A DNA stretch of 64,000 bases. Source: Oscillospiraceae bacterium (GTDB lineage Bacteria > Bacillota > Clostridia > Oscillospirales > Ruminococcaceae). Both the position numbers and the translations under genes were made by a program. The notes under the pieces were generated by a model. That model worked only from the letters and a program-made list of their open reading frames with translations. It had not been told where the DNA came from and ran no database searches. The DNA lies in the NCBI GenBank assembly GCA_017555565.1, contig JAFZGF010000061.1, forward strand, positions 14,431-78,430. Direction: 5' to 3'. Of this stretch, positions 62,010 through 64,000 are shown one piece after another. Position 1 is the first letter of the stretch; each line of letters opens with the position of its first letter.

Positions 62010-63803
62010 TCACAAACTATTCAAATACTCTTCCACATTCAGATACTTTATACCATCAACTTCGCAGGTTTTGCCTCGGTAAATTACGTTCTTTGAAACA
62101 ATAGTTCCGTATCGGAATTCTGTTTGATTGCATTTTTCTGCATCTTCCAAGTGTCTATATTGTTGCGGTGAAATCTGGGTGCTGTGCTTGATTTCATATA
62201 TTTCGCATTCAAGTTTTTCCGGATCACAGACTACCATATCAAACTCTCCGACAGCAAATTTAAGTTGGAATACTTCTTTATTCGGATTGCTCAATTTTGT
62301 TTCCAGCAAAACAATTTCTTCCATCATTCTGCCCTTTACTTCGCTGAGAATTCTGTATGTAATTCTCTTGCGTTCCACAGCAGAAAATTTATTGAATTTT
62401 TCATCCATCATAAGACTGCGCACAAGAGTTTCTGCTTGAGTGTATCGCATACCTGGCTGGCAGATTACCGTGATTTTGTCTTTGGTATTAACGTCAGGTA
62501 AATAATTCAAATCAACTTCTTGTATTAAATCCAACAGTTGCAGATATTCTTTTATCTGCTGTGCATGGGCTGTTTCAATATCTACGGTATGTTTCTCTTT
62601 GTTGATTATATCAAGCGCACCCATAATGGATTGCGTTACGGCAGATATATCAATATTCTTGATTAAATCCACAGGATTTTCACGGTCTTTCAAAAGATTT
62701 CTCGCAGATACTGCTAAATCATTAGATTTAAAAGTTCTCTCCAACACTTCTTTTGTAAATCTGTGGTTGATATCTTCTATAACCCTGTTGATTGCGCTTG
62801 TCAGTTCATTTTTTTCATACAAATTATACAGATGTCTGAAATGGCTGCCATCATTATAGTATTTCAGAGAGTGTTGGATATTTCTAGCGATGGCACTGTC
62901 GATATATTCATCAGTGTTTGCCCGAGTAGCGAATGAGGATGTTTCGTTATAATTTATACCACTCATACTCATTGTGCCACCATACTGAATATATTCATCA
63001 ATGCCTTTAATACCGAGAACTTTTTCAAATTCACGGTATGGGATAAAGGTTGTATGAAGCATAATACAGCGGTCATACAACTGGTCGGATTTTGTAAAAG
63101 TAAACCCCAATGAATCTGTACCGGACAAGACAATTTTCATACCGCTGCTTGCATAAATATCTGAGAAAAGCGCTGCACCTTCGATAAAGTCTTCCATAAG
63201 AGTGACTTCATCAATAAATACATATTTATATCCAGTTTTCTGCAAATATTTCAGGTCGGAATTGATATCAGACAAAGTGTCGGAACTTTTCACTTGAATG
63301 AAAGCAGATTTTGCCAATTCCTCAGAGGACATATTCAGAATAATCTGCCTGATTAAAGTGGTTTTACCTGTTCTTCTCAGTCCATACAGTATAAAAACCC
63401 TATCCTGTATATTGCCAAAAACATACTCATAAAGATTTTTATAGCATTCTCTTTTTTTATAATTTTTTACGCCTTCAGAAAATGCAACAAGCTGTTCATC
63501 TATTCGCACATAAGTTCTAAATTTATAGGAGCTTTTGGAAGGTTTTTTCTTTTTTGAAGGTGCCAATTCTTTTTTCAATGCTTTAAGTTCCTTTTCAAGG
63601 AGCTTTCTCTTGGCGATATCTTTCTTGAGAATCTCTGCTTTTTCAAAGTCAACATACTCTTCCTTGCGGTCGCCATCTTTATTGATGCGGAGATAGTAGT
63701 ACTTTTTATCATTGACTTTCTTCACAGTCAGATTTCCAACAGGAAGACAGGCGATATCGCGTTCAAGTTCTTCTATTCTGTTTATAATATCTCTGTTATC
63801 CAT
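62010..63803 (-). CDS. AAA_14 ATPase + DUF4143 (PD-(D/E)xK-like) protein with coiled-coil N-terminal extension
   Basis: Walker A ILYGLRRTGKTTLIRQ. Walker B VFIDEVT. The C-terminal FAVGEFDMVVCDPEKLECEIYEIKHS gives a D...E-x-K motif. The start is moved to ATG 63803 (aggaga RBS 8 nt upstream), because the listed start at 63860 lies inside the promoter/operator palindrome. Confidence 0.7.
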   Translation of the reverse strand: MDNRDIINRIEELERDIACLPVGNLTVKKVNDKKYYYLRINKDGDRKEEYVDFEKAEILKKDIAKRKLLEKELKALKKELAPSKKKKPSKSSYKFRTYVRIDEQLVAFSEGVKNYKKRECYKNLYEYVFGNIQDRVFILYGLRRTGKTTLIRQIILNMSSEELAKSAFIQVKSSDTLSDINSDLKYLQKTGYKYVFIDEVTLMEDFIEGAALFSDIYASSGMKIVLSGTDSLGFTFTKSDQLYDRCIMLHTTFIPYREFEKVLGIKGIDEYIQYGGTMSMSGINYNETSSFATRANTDEYIDSAIARNIQHSLKYYNDGSHFRHLYNLYEKNELTSAINRVIEDINHRFTKEVLERTFKSNDLAVSARNLLKDRENPVDLIKNIDISAVTQSIMGALDIINKEKHTVDIETAHAQQIKEYLQLLDLIQEVDLNYLPDVNTKDKITVICQPGMRYTQAETLVRSLMMDEKFNKFSAVERKRITYRILSEVKGRMMEEIVLLETKLSNPNKEVFQLKFAVGEFDMVVCDPEKLECEIYEIKHSTQISPQQYRHLEDAEKCNQTEFRYGTIVSKNVIYRGKTCEVDGIKYLNVEEYLNSL

Positions 63804-63822
63804 ATAACCATCTCCTGAATTT

Positions 63823-63880
63823 ATTATACCCATTATACCCTTTCTGTACTGTTTTTTCAAGAGGGTATAATGGGTATAAT
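63823..63880. promoter_or_regulatory. Promoter flanked by a 19-bp perfect inverted repeat, each arm a tandem GGGTATAA doublet
   Basis: attatacccattataccct (63823-63841) and agggtataatgggtataat (63862-63880) are exact reverse complements. On the minus strand the region reads TTGAAA-17 nt-TATAAT-gggTATAAT-...aggaga...ATG, so one arm supplies the -10 box and the other sits just upstream of the -35. Confidence 0.55.
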
Positions 63881-63944
63881 TCTTGGTGTGGAAGGTTAAT
63901 TTTTATAGTCTGTTAGGTTTAATACTGAAACCTTTAAAGAGTAC

Positions 63945-63976
63945 AAAAAGCTCTCCTGTTATCAGGAGAGTTTTTT
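63945..63976. terminator. Bidirectional terminator at the right edge
   Basis: aaaaag-ctctcctg-ttat-caggagag-tttttt. Confidence 0.7.
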
Positions 63977-64000
63977 GTATGTCATAAGTTAAGTTGGTAT

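Noticed and set aside
1-64000. Search for rRNA, intact tRNA, tmRNA, RNase P, transposase, integrase or prophage structural genes
   Set aside because: No convincing signature was found on either strand. The only tRNA-like element is the 16-nt fragment at 36194-36209.

Overview
Low-GC Firmicutes (Clostridia-like) chromosomal segment in two parts. Left part (1-30.7 kb): (a) the 3' end of a surface adhesin / SipW-type / TasA-like locus; (b) a minus-strand operon of two RyR-domain membrane/K+-channel proteins plus a TIR-TM-beta-propeller protein; (c) a ~600-nt purine-rich candidate ncRNA rich in GNRA hairpins; (d) a cell-envelope acylation/glycosylation locus (MBOAT, partner protein, YfhO-like, three GT-C paralogs); (e) a lac/gal module (AraC regulator, lacZ, GPH symporter, galT, decayed galE). 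Right part (30.7-64 kb) is visibly more AT-rich. It reads as a defence island built from cassettes delimited by terminators and repeats, with no recombinase in view. Its cassettes are: an AlbA_2/Schlafen-like protein; HEPN (ApeA-like) + DUF3800; a Ser/Thr-kinase-STAND NTPase with satellite genes; a 1206-aa PD-(D/E)xK protein bracketed by ~47-bp direct repeats; a GmrSD type IV enzyme; a C-protein-controlled R-M locus with two adenine methyltransferases; a WYL regulator + SF2 helicase-nuclease + 678-aa partner (DdmDE-like by architecture) + DUF3800; and an AAA/DUF4143 ATPase. I saw no rRNA, intact tRNA, CRISPR array, transposase or integrase. All functional calls come from motifs read by eye in the supplied translations. 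No database search was run.
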